Assembly: GCA_965637545.1 (NCBI GenBank)
Contig: OZ281494.1
Location: 3,348,001-3,412,000, forward strand
From: Phallusia mammillata
Taxonomy: Eukaryota
Direction of reading: 5' to 3'
DNA: 64,000 nt
Position 1 is the stretch's first letter. Each line of letters begins with the position of its first letter. Made by a program: the position numbers and the translations under genes. Positions 38,201 to 51,400 of this stretch are shown here, in pieces. The notes under the pieces were generated by a model. The model was not told the origin of the DNA and searched no databases. It saw nothing but the letters and a program-made list of their open reading frames with translations.

Positions 38201-39079
38201 ATAATTTCTCAAACTCGAATCAGTAGATCTCATTGTGGAGTTGACTGAACAAAGTAGTTCTCCGTTGCTGCTTGAATCCACTGTGTAACTTGGGGCGGCA
38301 AAATGGGGTAAAGAAAACACGATACATCCCGACCCCATAAGGATCATGCCCCACCCGATCCAGAGGGGTTTGTGCCCCCTTCCTCCCAAATACATCACAA
38401 TCGCTGTAGCGAATAGAGAAGCGATATCATAGGAGCTCATCACTAAACCGGATTCTGCACTCTTTAAACCGAATCTGCAATTCAAAACGGAGCTTTAGAT
38501 TTCCAGCTTATTTTTCTTGCATAAACCAAAATAAGTATTTCCTTTTTATCACCGCCTCATTTATTCATAAAATTAGAAATACCAACAAAGTGTTGGCGTA
38601 CCTATGAATTGTTATCGTTCCACTGGGACCAAATCAAACACTAATTAAAAGTATAAAAACAAATGAAATTGATGCCCAACTAAAAATACCCGGACTAATG
38701 TGGTTTTTGTTTGATTCAACAGTTTTACACAAGCGATTTTGCGAGGTTTGTTTCGTTAATTCTCGTTCAGTTTAGTTATATTACAATCAAATTAACAAAA
38801 CGCTAATGCAATGCACAACTACTATTCAAACATTTTTTTCTACATGTAAGACATGCAATTTGGCGATGGTGTTGATTTGTTATGTATTGTTTTGATTAAC
38901 ATTTGACTGAAATGATTCACACACACTAATAGCTGCGAACGTTTTACCGCTTCTCAATCGTTGTGAGGACAGAGTTCATCATCCCGTTGATTACAAATCC
39001 CTGGAAAAATCCAAGACACGACATAAAGAAGAGGGCCCAACGCGGGGTGGCAAAGCGTTGAAGAATCTTTAACGGTTGC
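29209..39079 (-). CDS. SLCO4-like: SLCO/OATP organic anion transporter, paralog C (OATP4-like); 13 exons resolved, first coding exon not found
   Basis: Exons: 38948-39079, 38199-38474, 37562-37677, 37059-37152, 35117-35205, 34169-34298, 33210-33382, 32534-32695, 31289-31482, 30692-30844, 30340-30393, 29723-29893, 29209-29313 (TGA). Total 1849 nt in frame. One GC-AG intron (30394-30691). Motifs: [76 protein letters not shown]. Confidence 0.93.
35443..36454. mobile_element. hAT-type non-autonomous element (1012 bp) containing a second hAT-type element
   Basis: TIRs caggggttcttaaact / agtttaagaacccctg with TSD atctggaa/atctagaa (one mismatch). An inner element at about 35632-36102 ends in gggccatagtttggtgacccctg and carries gcgggccg motifs. 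Confidence 0.88.
37217..37390. repeat. Short direct duplication of about 50 bp, two copies
   Basis: gacagaactgtcaaagctttctaactttatgctaaacagaagcggttgctt starts at 37217, and a near-identical copy starts at 37339. Confidence 0.8.
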
Positions 39080-39135
39080 CTGTTCATAAACAGAAAATTA
39101 GTTGGGAACACTATACACGGACTTGAAAAGTAATT

Positions 39136-39316
39136 TAATCATAAACATTACTGCCAAGGTACTGGTGTATATAGAATACATCATTCAGACGTTCCAACTT
39201 CCAGAAATCTCTGTTGTCATCATCAGTGCAGGTTGATGATGAAAACAGAGATTGTCGAAACGTCTGAACGATGTATTCTATATACACCAGTACCTTGGCA
39301 GTAATGTTTATGATTA
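39136..39316. mobile_element. 181-bp near-perfect palindrome with hammerhead-like cores (Penelope-like inverted ends)
   Basis: taatcataaacattactgccaaggtactggtgtatatagaatacatc is exactly complementary to gatgtattctatatacaccagtaccttggcagtaatgtttatgatta. The inner parts read (c/t)TGATGA-t-gacaa-cagaga-ttgtc-GAAAC-GTC as a consensus of the two strands. A related degenerate copy is at 431-463 (-). Confidence 0.8.
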
Positions 39317-42300
39317 GAAAGTTAGTTGTTTTGTGTTTTAATAGGGTTGTTTTTTGTCCAACCAAACTTATGTATTTCTTGAGTTTTATGACCATCTTAC
39401 TGCATTCATGTTCTCATGATGTTTTCAGGGGTCGGGTATCAGTTTTTAGTGTCTTTACATCAGTCTTACTCCACGACTTATTGGGATTTAACAACGTTCT
39501 TCTTGTCATCCCCATAATTAGAATATTACTGCAGATTTTAGTGGAAAATTTACATTCATTTTTTCTAGTACTTCCGTTTAAGGAAGTTTTGTGATGTGTA
39601 ACTTTACAAGGGCTGCTACATGGTCATAAGATACTATAAAGATACTATTAGATTACTATTTGGTTATAAGGTGCAGGGTGACTATACATGGTTATAAGGT
39701 AATGTGAATTTTTTTCTAGGTAAACCCTAGTTTGGTAAACAATACCTTTGTTTTAAGATTCACATAGATTTTTTTGAGTCGAACACTTTAAAACATTCAT
39801 GCTTGATGACTTTATCAGTTATATTCACTACCGTGATTTTCAGTAAAAGTAAATTGAGAAACTAACAGGCACATTAGCATATTCTGTGCAGTACAGTGTC
39901 ATGTACAGTTTTAAATTGTGTTGTGGTAATTAGACTGTAAAATGTCGTTATTTAACCATTTGGGTGGGAGGTGTCACAATATTTTTAAACTATAAAAAAG
40001 GCACCTTGCATTGAAAAAGCTCATAAAGATGCCCTAATTAGATAATTGACAAATACAAAATGAACAAACCGTTTCTTTCCTGTACAACATCCGTAATCAA
40101 GCTGCATACCACATAAAGTATCCTCGACATCCACTGGTTTTTGTTTTATTTCAACACTCATAATGTGGTTCTATTTACAATTGCTTTGGCTCAGAAGGTC
40201 TTAAGCAGTGAAAGAATGTTTTTGTTAATCCCACTCTGATTTCAGCTACAACAGTGATGTTTTTCTTTTGCCAAATGACGTACGTATATGTTTTGTAAAA
40301 GAAAACCTGCAACAACAAATACGTAAGAAATAAATTTGCACATTATGAATTTATGAATGATTTTAAACTTAAAAAAATAAAAACATATCTCGGAAAACAA
40401 TTAAGCTTTGTTTATAATTTAGAGACCTTACGACGTTCAAAGAACAAACAACGTAAATCATTTCCAACCTAACACCGTTTAGAGAACATCACTGCCATTT
40501 AAGAATTTCAAAGCGAAATTCTAAATTTTATCTTGAGATTCTTTCTTACCGTAACACTGACTAAATCAGAAAAAAACAGTTTCCACTCAAACTAATCTCA
40601 CCACGTTGGAAATTACGGCCCGTACAAGATGAATAACATATATCCTTGCAAACAGCTCAGCTATATTCCTAGTTTTTAGTTACAGCTTGCTATGTTCAGA
40701 GCATAATAAACCTATCGTCTCGCAGACATACAAAATGTTTCGTATTGACCCGAAAACAAGTAGGCTACAAAAAACTTCCAGTGCGAAACACCAAGACAAC
40801 CTAACGTGGCTATAGAAACCGGTGACGAAACCAATGACATGCATCCGTTGGCGTCAAAACAAACTCTCTGCATTAAAACAGGCTGTGTTTTGGAAAGATT
40901 TCGTGACACAAAGCACGCAATAAGCAAAGGCAGATTCCTCTAAAACTACGCAATACAGAAACAACGTAACACTTTGCGTTTTTCCACTTAAGTCGTTTTT
41001 GTTGTTGACAAATAAGTTAAAGCAAAAGTCGCCTATAAGAAATTAGGACAAGGGACAATTTTGCATGAACTTATGTATGCAGTTGATAGGTGAATGAAAA
41101 CTCTTTTAAAACACTGTACGGTAATATACTGTTGTCAAGGCACCTCAAATAATGTTATATTTCTAATAACTCTATTCCTCTGCTAGTAATAAACGCAACT
41201 AACCTTTCATAGTACTATTTTAGGTATCTAAGCTTCTCTAAGGACGGTAGCTGACTGTTCTGTCTTTTTACCTGCAGCCTATTTTGCGAGATACAATAAG
41301 TCAGCACACCAATAATCTCATCTTTAACTTAGAGACTACAACTTTATCACTTTCACAGCTACGCCCTCTTGCTAAATAAGGAAGGTATAGGCAGATTGTA
41401 TGCGTTAGGGCTAACATTTTAAAGAAGTGACCTATGTTGGCAAAGTTACAGGCGTCGGATTTGCACAACCATTTTTGTCACGAGCTCTTTACAGAGAAAT
41501 GTCGATCGTGAGGCTTCAACTTTAAATGCCCCAGAGTACTGGTGCGTTTGAAGCATGATTACTATTACAACACAAGTTACGAAGTAATTAACGTGTTGAT
41601 TTCTATTGCAAGTGGAAACTTCTTAAAACACACAGAAGTGCTTCAAACTCAAATAAGCCGCTTGAACAACTAGATCTGTGAGGTTTTTTCAGAGCAGTTA
41701 GCGGCAAGACATTGGCAAGCGTAGCCACATTACATCAATTTAGTTTGTTGGGAGTGACAGGCTGAAAAGCCCCGCATCACCTTATCTGTTCGATGCTGCA
41801 CAATTTTTGACACGTGCTGTCTCCAAGTTTACAAATTTACTTTCACGTTTAGGATTATGAGAAAACTAAAAAAAATCCATTTGAATCTCAATTTGTTTGA
41901 ACTTTCAAAACACTATAAGTAACTTTCCATAACGACGTCAGAGAAATGAGCCACTTCACGAAAAACTTCACTTCCCATGAAGCGGCCTTAAACTGTGACG
42001 TAGCATAGTTTTAAAATTCACTATTTTGAGCTGACGTCACTGTTGACATTAGCGACATTATTACATCTTGAATTTAAATTCCCATCTTGCAGGAAATGAC
42101 GTCATGCTTTGGCGGAGTTGACGCGAGACAACGAATTACCACGCAGATGTGTTTTACAGCACTTAGTTTGTTTACTTATCCGATGTAAACAAAAAACAAA
42201 CGTTTTCACGCATGTCATGCAGAGACATTTTATAGGTTGCTAAAATATAAATAGATGCGACGTAATGAACAAATACGTCATTTTTCGTTGTAATCGTTTA

Positions 42301-42713
42301 ATGGCAATACGCAAAAAATCTACTTTGTGGGGTTAGTCCTTAAACAGATATAACAGCTTTCTGTCATCACCAAACATATAATTTGCTGGTTGTAATCTTT
42401 ATTCATGGCAATACGTAAAAACAAATCTAGTTTGTTGGGTCCCGTTTGTCCTTTAAACCGGATAGAAAAACCTTTCTGCTTTCACAAAACATTTAATATG
42501 CTCGCTGACTGCAATCTTTATTTATTGCAATTTGACAGAAGACAGACAACATGTTTTCATCTTCATACACATGTTCGTATTTGCTTGTAGATAATCGTGG
42601 AAGGGAAAAAGAATCCGGGGATGTCCCTAAAGCAAAACACAGCCCCAGTAACACTTGAGGCGGTAAAGATTAAAAAAGAAGCCAAACGTTGGCAGCAAAG
42701 AGATCAAATAAGT

Positions 42714-42931
42714 GGGTAGAACTACTAACGTAAGAACTGGCAGTAGCTAGGTTTGGGAATTTCCGCTGGGTAGCGCAACAGAATATAGGCGTTTACGGCG
42801 ACAATAATTGCTGAGTCAGCATGTTGCAAATTGCTGTATTATTGTCACCATAAACGCCTATGCTCCGCTGCGCCACCCAGCGGAAATTCCCAAACCTAGC
42901 TACTGCCAGTTCTTACGTTAGTAGTTCTACC
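42714..42931. mobile_element. Foldback/MITE with about 100-bp arms and an 8-9 bp TSD (Mutator- or hAT/P-like)
   Basis: ggtagaactactaacgtaagaactggcagtagctaggtttgggaatttccgctggg is exactly mirrored at the right end. The element is flanked by (c)aaataagt on both sides. Confidence 0.9.
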
Positions 42932-43180
42932 AAATAAGTACATCAGGACGACAGAGAAATCTATTAAAGACACAGGGGGCAGTAGAGAATACAATAGAGA
43001 ACTTATTTTTGCCGCCCAGCCACAGAATTAGTTACGATATTCGCTTTTCTATTGAACGAAATACGTTTTAAAACAGTTTTTATCTGTACTGTAATTTCTA
43101 TGAATATTGAACAATTATTATTATAAACTTATTATAAACACTGTTTTCCGAACGTTCACGTTTTGATGTGTGGCGTAAGA

Positions 43181-43437
43181 CAGTTCCCAACCAGGGGGGA
43201 ATTCCCCACTAGGGGGGAATTTTGTAATTTCTAGGGGGAAATTTGTGTCACAATCTTAATCTCTTACTGGTTGTCTGTGCTATGTGTTATTGCTGCATTT
43301 GCCATATATGAGCTGAGAAAAAAAGTTCTCGTATAAATCGATTTAAGGCAGCAATGCAAGGGTGGAAATAATTTTGAATATCGACTAAAACAGGACAAAA
43401 AAGGGGTGCACAGGACAAAAAAGGTTGGGAGCCACTG
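43181..43437. mobile_element. hAT-type MITE (257 bp) with a 3-bp deletion in the left TIR
   Basis: Perfect 8-bp TSD gcgtaaga. The right end is ggttgggagccactg and the left end is cagttcccaacc. Confidence 0.88.
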
Positions 43438-45466
43438 GCGTAAGATATTGTTGAACTGAATGCGATTCTTTCAAATGGACAGCATTTATGGGGCGATCAA
43501 ATAAAACTGTATTGTTTGTCGTGATCGTTTGTCCCGATAACTTACTTGGTTTGCATTTTCACATGAAACAGCACTTTTGGTTCGCATGACACGAAAGTAA
43601 ATATTGCTTTAGCTTACAACAGGTAGTCTATGATATTATGTTAAACCTGTCTATTTGATTATTCAAACGTTTTGGTCTAATTTAAGTCAAGTCAGGTTCC
43701 TTTCTATTGTCACTTCATCACATTGACTTCGTACACCAGTTACCAAAACAGCCGAAGGAAACCGAAAAAAAAAAAAAAACATGTTTAAAAAAAACATGGT
43801 AGGCGAGTCAAGTGTCCTGAATCTAATTATAATCGATAATTATCAGTACCAGTGAAAAAACGTTTTTTCATCAGAAACGTGTGTTAAAATGCACACCATG
43901 AAAAGAATAAATAAACAACTAATTACATCACAAAGATAAAATTCCAGCGCTTAGAATGAACAAGATGAGATTATGAAATAGTGATAATGAGTTATAAAAA
44001 AAACGTAGTGCAATAAATTGAACACTTTTTATGCAACTTTAGTGGTGGTATTTTGTTCTTGATCAAGTTAATAGAATTACTTTGTAAAGTTTGCAAATGT
44101 TGTATCACCAACTCATCACATTTCAATTTGCTTGGTCAAAGCTCTCAGGGAAGTCAAATTGTTCTACGGTTTGATTCAACTGGATTGCCAAATTATGTGT
44201 GAACTTTGTAGTATTCCCTGTCACAGATAATTTGTAAATGTAGTTCGGTATTTAACTGCACTAGCAGTGTGTACTGGTTTAGTTTGTGTCGATTTAATTT
44301 AAACTACATTAGCTAACGTAAATTATCGCTACTGCACCTTGACGTAACATTTTATTGCAGGACGTTTTAACAAACACTATTGTCTTATCAGCAAATTAAA
44401 TTTAAAAGTTGAAAGGGAATTTATCCATTCAATCTGATTTTTTTAATAAAATAATACAATTTTTTTTTTGTATTCAACCTAAAAGAATCAAACCAAACAT
44501 CATTGCCAGGTTTATAATTTTTTTTCAAATAAGGATCCAAAGGAACTAAAGATGCGATTTGGGCAGAATATACATGAATCCATATAAATAAAAATAAAAC
44601 ATCAATAAAACTGTTAGCTCTTTCACCAGTTTTTTTTTATTATAATACGCCGACGTTTCGATTTCCCATACGCGACACCTTCAAATTTTGTTGATACATT
44701 ATGCCCGCCAGCAACAGTTTATTCATATGAATACATGTCTTCTGTGTTTTGACTTATTGGTTTGTTACTTAAAAAACGATTTTGGATTCTTAGTTGTTCC
44801 AAAATCGGTTTGTTTTTTCCATAAACACACAAAGTGGTACAGCTGTTGAGTGCCAGTTAACAACGCAACAAACGTGATATGTGTTTTTGTCTGGCCCGGG
44901 ATTATCGGGATAATTCTCTTGTGCAAGTGACAAGAACGGTGCAAAACCGGAAGCACGTTTTTTGAGCCAATCTCTTCATCGAGCATTTTTTGTTTACAAT
45001 TTCATTTTATTTTTGCAAGCTTGTAGACTGATGCAGAGAGCAATAGTTGAACTCTGTTGCTGAGTTGGAATCGTCACGAAAATCGTGCGCACAAATGTAG
45101 TTTATAGATCGCGCAACACTTTGCAGCGGACAAATTGTGTTTGCTGATAGCAAAGCGCGGTTTTGTTGGCAAATGTTTTTAGTCGTTTCAATCTTTATTT
45201 CAGCATTTTAAAAATTGGCAGTTTCAACGTGAGATATACGAAAGCACAGCTTTGTATTTATTTGGTAACAGTATTTTATCATTTTACATTTGGCTTAAAA
45301 CTTTGTTCCGTTAGCAATCTTTACTGTACTTCGTTGATTTTTTTGTGTTTTTTCTTACACTGCAATTGAAAGGGCAGTTTTTTTTTAACTTTTTTTTATG
45401 ACTGACGGAAATCTAGCATTACTAAAACAAGAATAGGTTAGTTTTTTAGATTATCAAACGACCACA

Positions 45467-48400
45467 ATGCTTCAAAATCGTCGCTCATTGCGTATGAGCA
45501 TATCTGAAGCAAAAGTAAAGATATCTTGTCCAGTCGAAGATACAACTTGTGGCTTGCAACTAAACTACGGATGCTGCCCGAAGAAGAAACGGTGAGAAGC
45601 TTTAATTTAAGTTTAGGTGTGTTACTTTACCAAAAGTACATAGAATGATGACCGTAGATTGCAGAAAATCTGATTTCTTTGCGACTTCAGACATGCGGAA
45701 CTCTAATTTAGTGGTTTTTCAAGCGATTTGCCACGAGGATGTCGTGATAGATTGATAAATATATGTGTTCGCAGGATCCAAACGTCTGTTTAAGGTCCTT
45801 ATGACATAATTCGAAAATAACCTATCTTAAGTTTTAGAAATTAATGAAAAAATGTTGGTGTACCTAATTGCACCAAGACCATCTTTTCAATTGATTTGTC
45901 ACAAATAGTGATAATTATCAAAGCTTTAAACAAAGTTGATTTGAACGATTTAATGTTGTATTTTTTATTTTATTTTTTTGTCATGCTAAGTTACCGCCTT
46001 CCGTGTCGCAAGCATAAAAAGGTTGGGAAACGCTTGCTTCACTCATCAAACCACTGAGACTATGTATTTGCTAATATCGACTAGGCATTTTTACTACAGA
46101 CAGCAACTTTATCTAAGCTGTTTAGCTTTCTAGTGATGCTTAAGTGCTTTAAATGTATAAACCTGGGCAGGTATTTTCCATGCTATTAGCATTTCACAAC
46201 AAAACCACTGCATCTTGTAATTTGGACTTAAATTGGGCTAAATGCCGGTTGGAAGATAGTTGGATTTACTAAGGGACTGACATAGTTTTAACTTTGGTTT
46301 TATTTGCAGACAACCAATTGGTTTTCTGCAGGGATTCGCGTCATCTCGGTGGGTTTTATGCTTCTTCTGTTGTCTCGGTTTCGCGTACGGGTTGGTCTCA
46401 AATGGAATGATGAAATCGGTTCTAACCACTGTTGAAAAAAGGTGAGTGAGTGAGTGAGTGAGTGAGTGAGTGAGTGAGTGAGTGAGTGAGTGCTCGTGTG
46501 AATACGTTGCAAAAGTAAGTTATTATTAGGCCTTATTTTTCAGATTCGGTTTAAAAAGCGCGGAATCTGGTCTAATCATCAGCATGAAAGAAGTCACAGC
46601 AATTGCTGGAGCAGGAATAGCAATGTTTGTTGGCAGAAAGGGTCACAAACCACTGTGGGTTGGCTGGGGTACGGTGATTATGGGTTGGGGTACCATTTTG
46701 TTTGCAGTCCCCCATTATGCTGCACCCCGTTACACAGTAAATACCGATGTGGGGTCGCAGTTTCTATGTCTTGCCAATACAACACACGTAGCAGCCCAAA
46801 GTACAGAAAAATACCTGTAAGTACAAAGCATGTGATACTCAATATTCAAAAAAATATTTAAATGCCTAAATTGACGGTTAATTTGTAAATGCTGAACACA
46901 CATAGGAAAAGCAACTAAGTTTCTATAATGCACTAATAATACTAATGGAGATTGTCAAAAAATCTGCACAATATGTTTTGTTTATACCCATGTTCCATAT
47001 TATTATTTTTTATCAAGTTACTTTTACTAAATCAATGGTTAAATTGGCCATTTGAAATTACATTGCGTTACCTATGGAATCAAACATGATTTGATTATTA
47101 CCAGTTTAAATGCAGGTACATTTTCTACATTTCTTCGCTGATGATAGGATACGGGTCAACGGCAATTTACACTTTAGGACTAACCTTCATCGACGAAAAT
47201 GTACCTCAAAAATCCTCTTCAACGTATCACGGTGAATTTACGTGTTATTTACATAATTATTATTTGAATCGTATTAAACTTAGATGTACAACGAGACGAA
47301 ATCATAGGTTTGGGATCATGAAGCATTAAAATGCAAAATAGCGAAAATCACGACACAAATGTACAAGCTCTTGTAATAGTTGAAAATTGTTGCAACTTTA
47401 TCAAACATTTTCCGCCAAAATTCTACCAGCCTGGTTCTAACATTCACTTTAAAAAAACACGAAAACACTAGGTTTACATTTTGCGGACGACGCAAACAAA
47501 ACGATTTCAGTATTTTTGGTCTATAAGTTTTCTTTGCCAATTTTTTTACTTTTATTTTTGCAGCTATATTTTTTGCGATCTCCAATGCCCTTGGCCCCGC
47601 AATTGGTTACCTTGGAGTAGGAGCTTTGCTAAAAATCTACACCAACATTGGAGAACAGTAAGTTTTGTCGCATAAGCCTTTTATCTCAGTAGGGATGAAG
47701 CAGATTTAAATTTAGCCGCAAAAAGCGATTAATGTCCCGTAAGGTCGATGTGTTAGGCATTTGTTATTGTTGCTGCTGCAGTAGTTGCTTCTGTTATTGT
47801 AGCTGTTGGCACATTGCTACTTTTAAAAGTTTCCGTAATTGGTGGTTAAGAGCTACTTCTGTACAGACGTTTGCAAGGCCACTGAAACAATCCCATTTCC
47901 TGTTTTTCAAGAAACTTTAACGAAGACCAACCACAGAAGCGATCACTAAAAAAATTCTTCTTTGTAGAGTTACGTTTGACGACACTCACGTTGAATGGGT
48001 TGGAGCTTGGTGGCCGGGATTTCTTGCTGCTGGAGTTTGGATGCTCGTCTTTTCAAGTAATTTTAACTAACTGATGCAGCGTTCCTACCTGCATGACGCA
48101 GTACACTGAAACAGGGGGTCCGAAAAGAGTAGGAATAAAAAATTTACAAACCCTTAATCTAAATAAAAATGAGTGTAGAATCGTTATGATTTGTAAAAAC
48201 CAAATGTCTTGTTCATTTTTGAAAAGAGTTAAAACCTAGACTTGTTTTGCATGGCATCAGTAAGTTATCTATGGTGGAGATGTGCGCTTCACAGCTCCAG
48301 TTTCATGACGTTTAACAGTTGTGCGCATGCGCAAGTATGAATACGCGTGCGCACTTGGAAAACCAACATGCCGGGAGAAATATGTCACAAGGAGCTTTAT

Positions 48401-51400
48401 AAACAAGAGTTAAAAACCTCATTTATACTAAATATTTTATGGCCTATAAAACCTTCGACCTTAACTTCGATTTGCGACAAAAAAATTCAACTTTTGAACA
48501 CTCCGGGTGGAATATTTTCGCATAGCAGCAAATTTCTTCAATTCTGGCCTAGTTGTTGTACGATAAAAAACTGTCAGGTAAGGCAACTAGAAAAACTCAT
48601 CAAAGTTGATGTTTATATCACGATTGTGTGTAATTGTTCTGCCTCTAAATACAAGGGTTATAGACCAGTGGTTCTCAAACTCGGTTTTCGGGGCCGCATG
48701 CGGCTCCCAACTACTTATTTTGCGGCTCGCACCAGACCTCAGAAAACCACCAAACATTGCTATTTTAGCTTTCAAAGTCATCTTCTTTAGTGATTTTCTC
48801 AAGGTTTCGTTTGTTTTGCGGCTCCCTACACACTTAAAAAATACCATTTGGCCCCGACAATAAAAAAGTTTGAGAACCACTGTTATAGACCCATTGAGAA
48901 AATAGTACAGTAAATGATTATTACATTTTACCTATTTTTCTAACTCGGTTTTGGTGAAACAGTGTGTGTTAAGATGGTTCGACCGTGTTACTCCCAAAAC
49001 TGAACAACACATTGAAATTGATAAGTTATTGTTCATCGTTAACAGTTCCAGTGCTGATGCTTCCGCGCAATTTGCCGGGAACTGAGGAAACAAGGGAAAA
49101 TCGAGGAACTGAAAGTTACGGAGCTTCCACAGATCCGACAACAGTAGCTGAAGAAGCGGAGAAGGAAAATAACACCAATAGGTTTGGATCAGTTTAATAC
49201 AACCGTTTTCAAGCAGTGAAACATAGAATAGTTTTCAAATAGGCAAAACATAAAAGGCCTTTTCCTGGTCTGTGGCGTGTCGTAAGGCAGCGTTAAAATT
49301 GACCAAAGATCCAAACTTAAACGTTGTTATAACTGCGGCAAAACAGTTACTGCATCAATACAATACTATACAAGTATGTGCCACAGCAAGACTATGGGCA
49401 ATGTTAATGAGACAATGGGCCGGAATTAAAAATATTGGAATAATAAGTATTTATTTTTTGGACTCGCTCAAAATTAACAAATTTACTAAAAAAAATTATA
49501 GGTGAAATCGTATTCAGACCCTATTACATACCTATCTTGCTTGCACAAAGTAAAATCCATTTTGTTACAAAAACCTTTGTTAACGTTTTAAAGGTTCAAG
49601 AAAGCATGGGACGATTTTTTTGTTCTTCTCCGCAATCCGCCCTATCTTCTCATGTGCTTTGCCAACAGTATGGAGGCTGGTACGATAGCCGGTTTGTCAA
49701 CATTTATACCGAAATACCTCGAGGCAATGTACGGCTTATCGGCCACGGAGGGCGCTCTATACACGGGTAAGATTTCCGACACGTTTGCAGGTTTAAAGCA
49801 GGAACTTGACTAAATGGTCTGGCGCGCCTGATTCATATACAAACATAAAAAATTCAAGCAGGATTCGTCCTCGGGAGCGTCCAGGGTATAAAACTTGCAA
49901 AAAATGTGTGTAAATTTCTGTAAATGGATTTTACACGCACTATAAGCAAACTCACTGAGATTGCTACCTGCCCTAAGACATCAAGATAAAGGGGACATTA
50001 CAAGTACTAACCCCTATTTTTTAATATACGGCAACTTATGATTGTCATTCTCTAAATGTAAATGTTGCAACAACGTTTTTTAGCTTTCAAGCTCGATTAA
50101 CTCAAAGGTGCTCGGAGCCGCCACAAGGGCCTGCTCTAAGCTAATATTGTAACACATCCTTTCTCTGTTCGGTATAGACCTGCAATTGTCAGCTGTTGCA
50201 ATCTTTGTTGACTATATAAAAACGGCATATAAAAACAAGACAGGAATATAACGTCTGTCTTGCACAAGCACCAAAAACGCCTACCACGTGCCTTTCCTGC
50301 CACGTCGAGTATCGCCACGTACAGAACAAACACTGGGCTCGCAACAGAACACATGTGACGTAATAATTATGTAACAATATTAGGTCACTTTGATACTGAA
50401 CGTGAAGCCTTAACTCATCTTCAACTTCTTCTCAGGTATTGTTGCGATTGGAGGAGCTTTGATTGGATTATTATCAGGAGGAGTGATTGTGAGCAAAGCT
50501 GAACTGAATGTGGAAGGAATCATGAAGTTCTGTTTGTCGTTTTTGGTTTTTTCGGTGCTTTGTTCCGGGGCTTTCTTTCTCACCTGTCCTGAACTAGGTA
50601 AGTACAAGATCGCAGTCAAAAATACAAAGATTCTTTAGCTCGAATAATTTTGCGAAATTAACAAATTAGTTCGAATAATTTGCGTTGTTTTGGGGGTAAT
50701 GCGGGACCTTTATTGGTGTACGTATCTACATCCCGGCGAGAACCCGATTTAAAAAGCCAAAATTATTCCCGAAATATATAATTAACAACGGTTGCGACAC
50801 TAATGTGTCTGATCATAATGTCAGGTCGTAGAAAATAAACTTAAGGTTCTCATGGAAAAGTTGGAATAACTAATATGAGCTGTAATAAATTTTTATTGCT
50901 GAACATTTGTTGTTTTAAGGCCGGTCCGTGATACAATTTTAGTTTCAAACTGGTCCGCAGGGCTAAAAAGGCTGCCGACCCCTGTTGCAGCGTATCGTTC
51001 ATTCAAGCACGTTTTCATGTTTTGCTTGTTCACAGTTTTGCAGTGTTCTTGTTCTAGTGTTCTAGTTGAGGAATTATTAAGTAATACTGTTGCAACTTTA
51101 ACATTCCACGACAAAAAAAATGTTATGAAGTGAACACTTTTTTAGGACGTTCAAACAATCCCTTGTTTCAACGATTGTCAAATCAATTTAAACTATAATT
51201 ACGTTTCATACAGGAAATCCAAGACGTTAGCGTTACAATGTACTCTCTTTCTACAATCTCTGGGACTGTTTTTCACTTGATAAAGCCATTTTTAAGTATG
51301 TGTTTATAGCGTTCCTTAACCCTTTAACTGCGGCGGGCGCATAAATGCGCCCCGACACATGCCTGGTTCGAAACAGCGATAAAAATCGTATTAGTGCGGA

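Noticed and set aside
36520-41815. Two similar segments of about 60 bp (36525-36595 and 41745-41815)
   Set aside because: They are probably fragments of an ordinary dispersed repeat, too short and degenerate to classify.
46300-46512. ORF with THSL repeats
   Set aside because: It is the antisense reading of the (GTGA)n microsatellite and SLCO-D exon 2.
48347-48790. 147-aa plus-strand ORF, the longest in the track
   Set aside because: It lies in an SLCO-D intron, runs into a hAT MITE and has no recognisable motifs.
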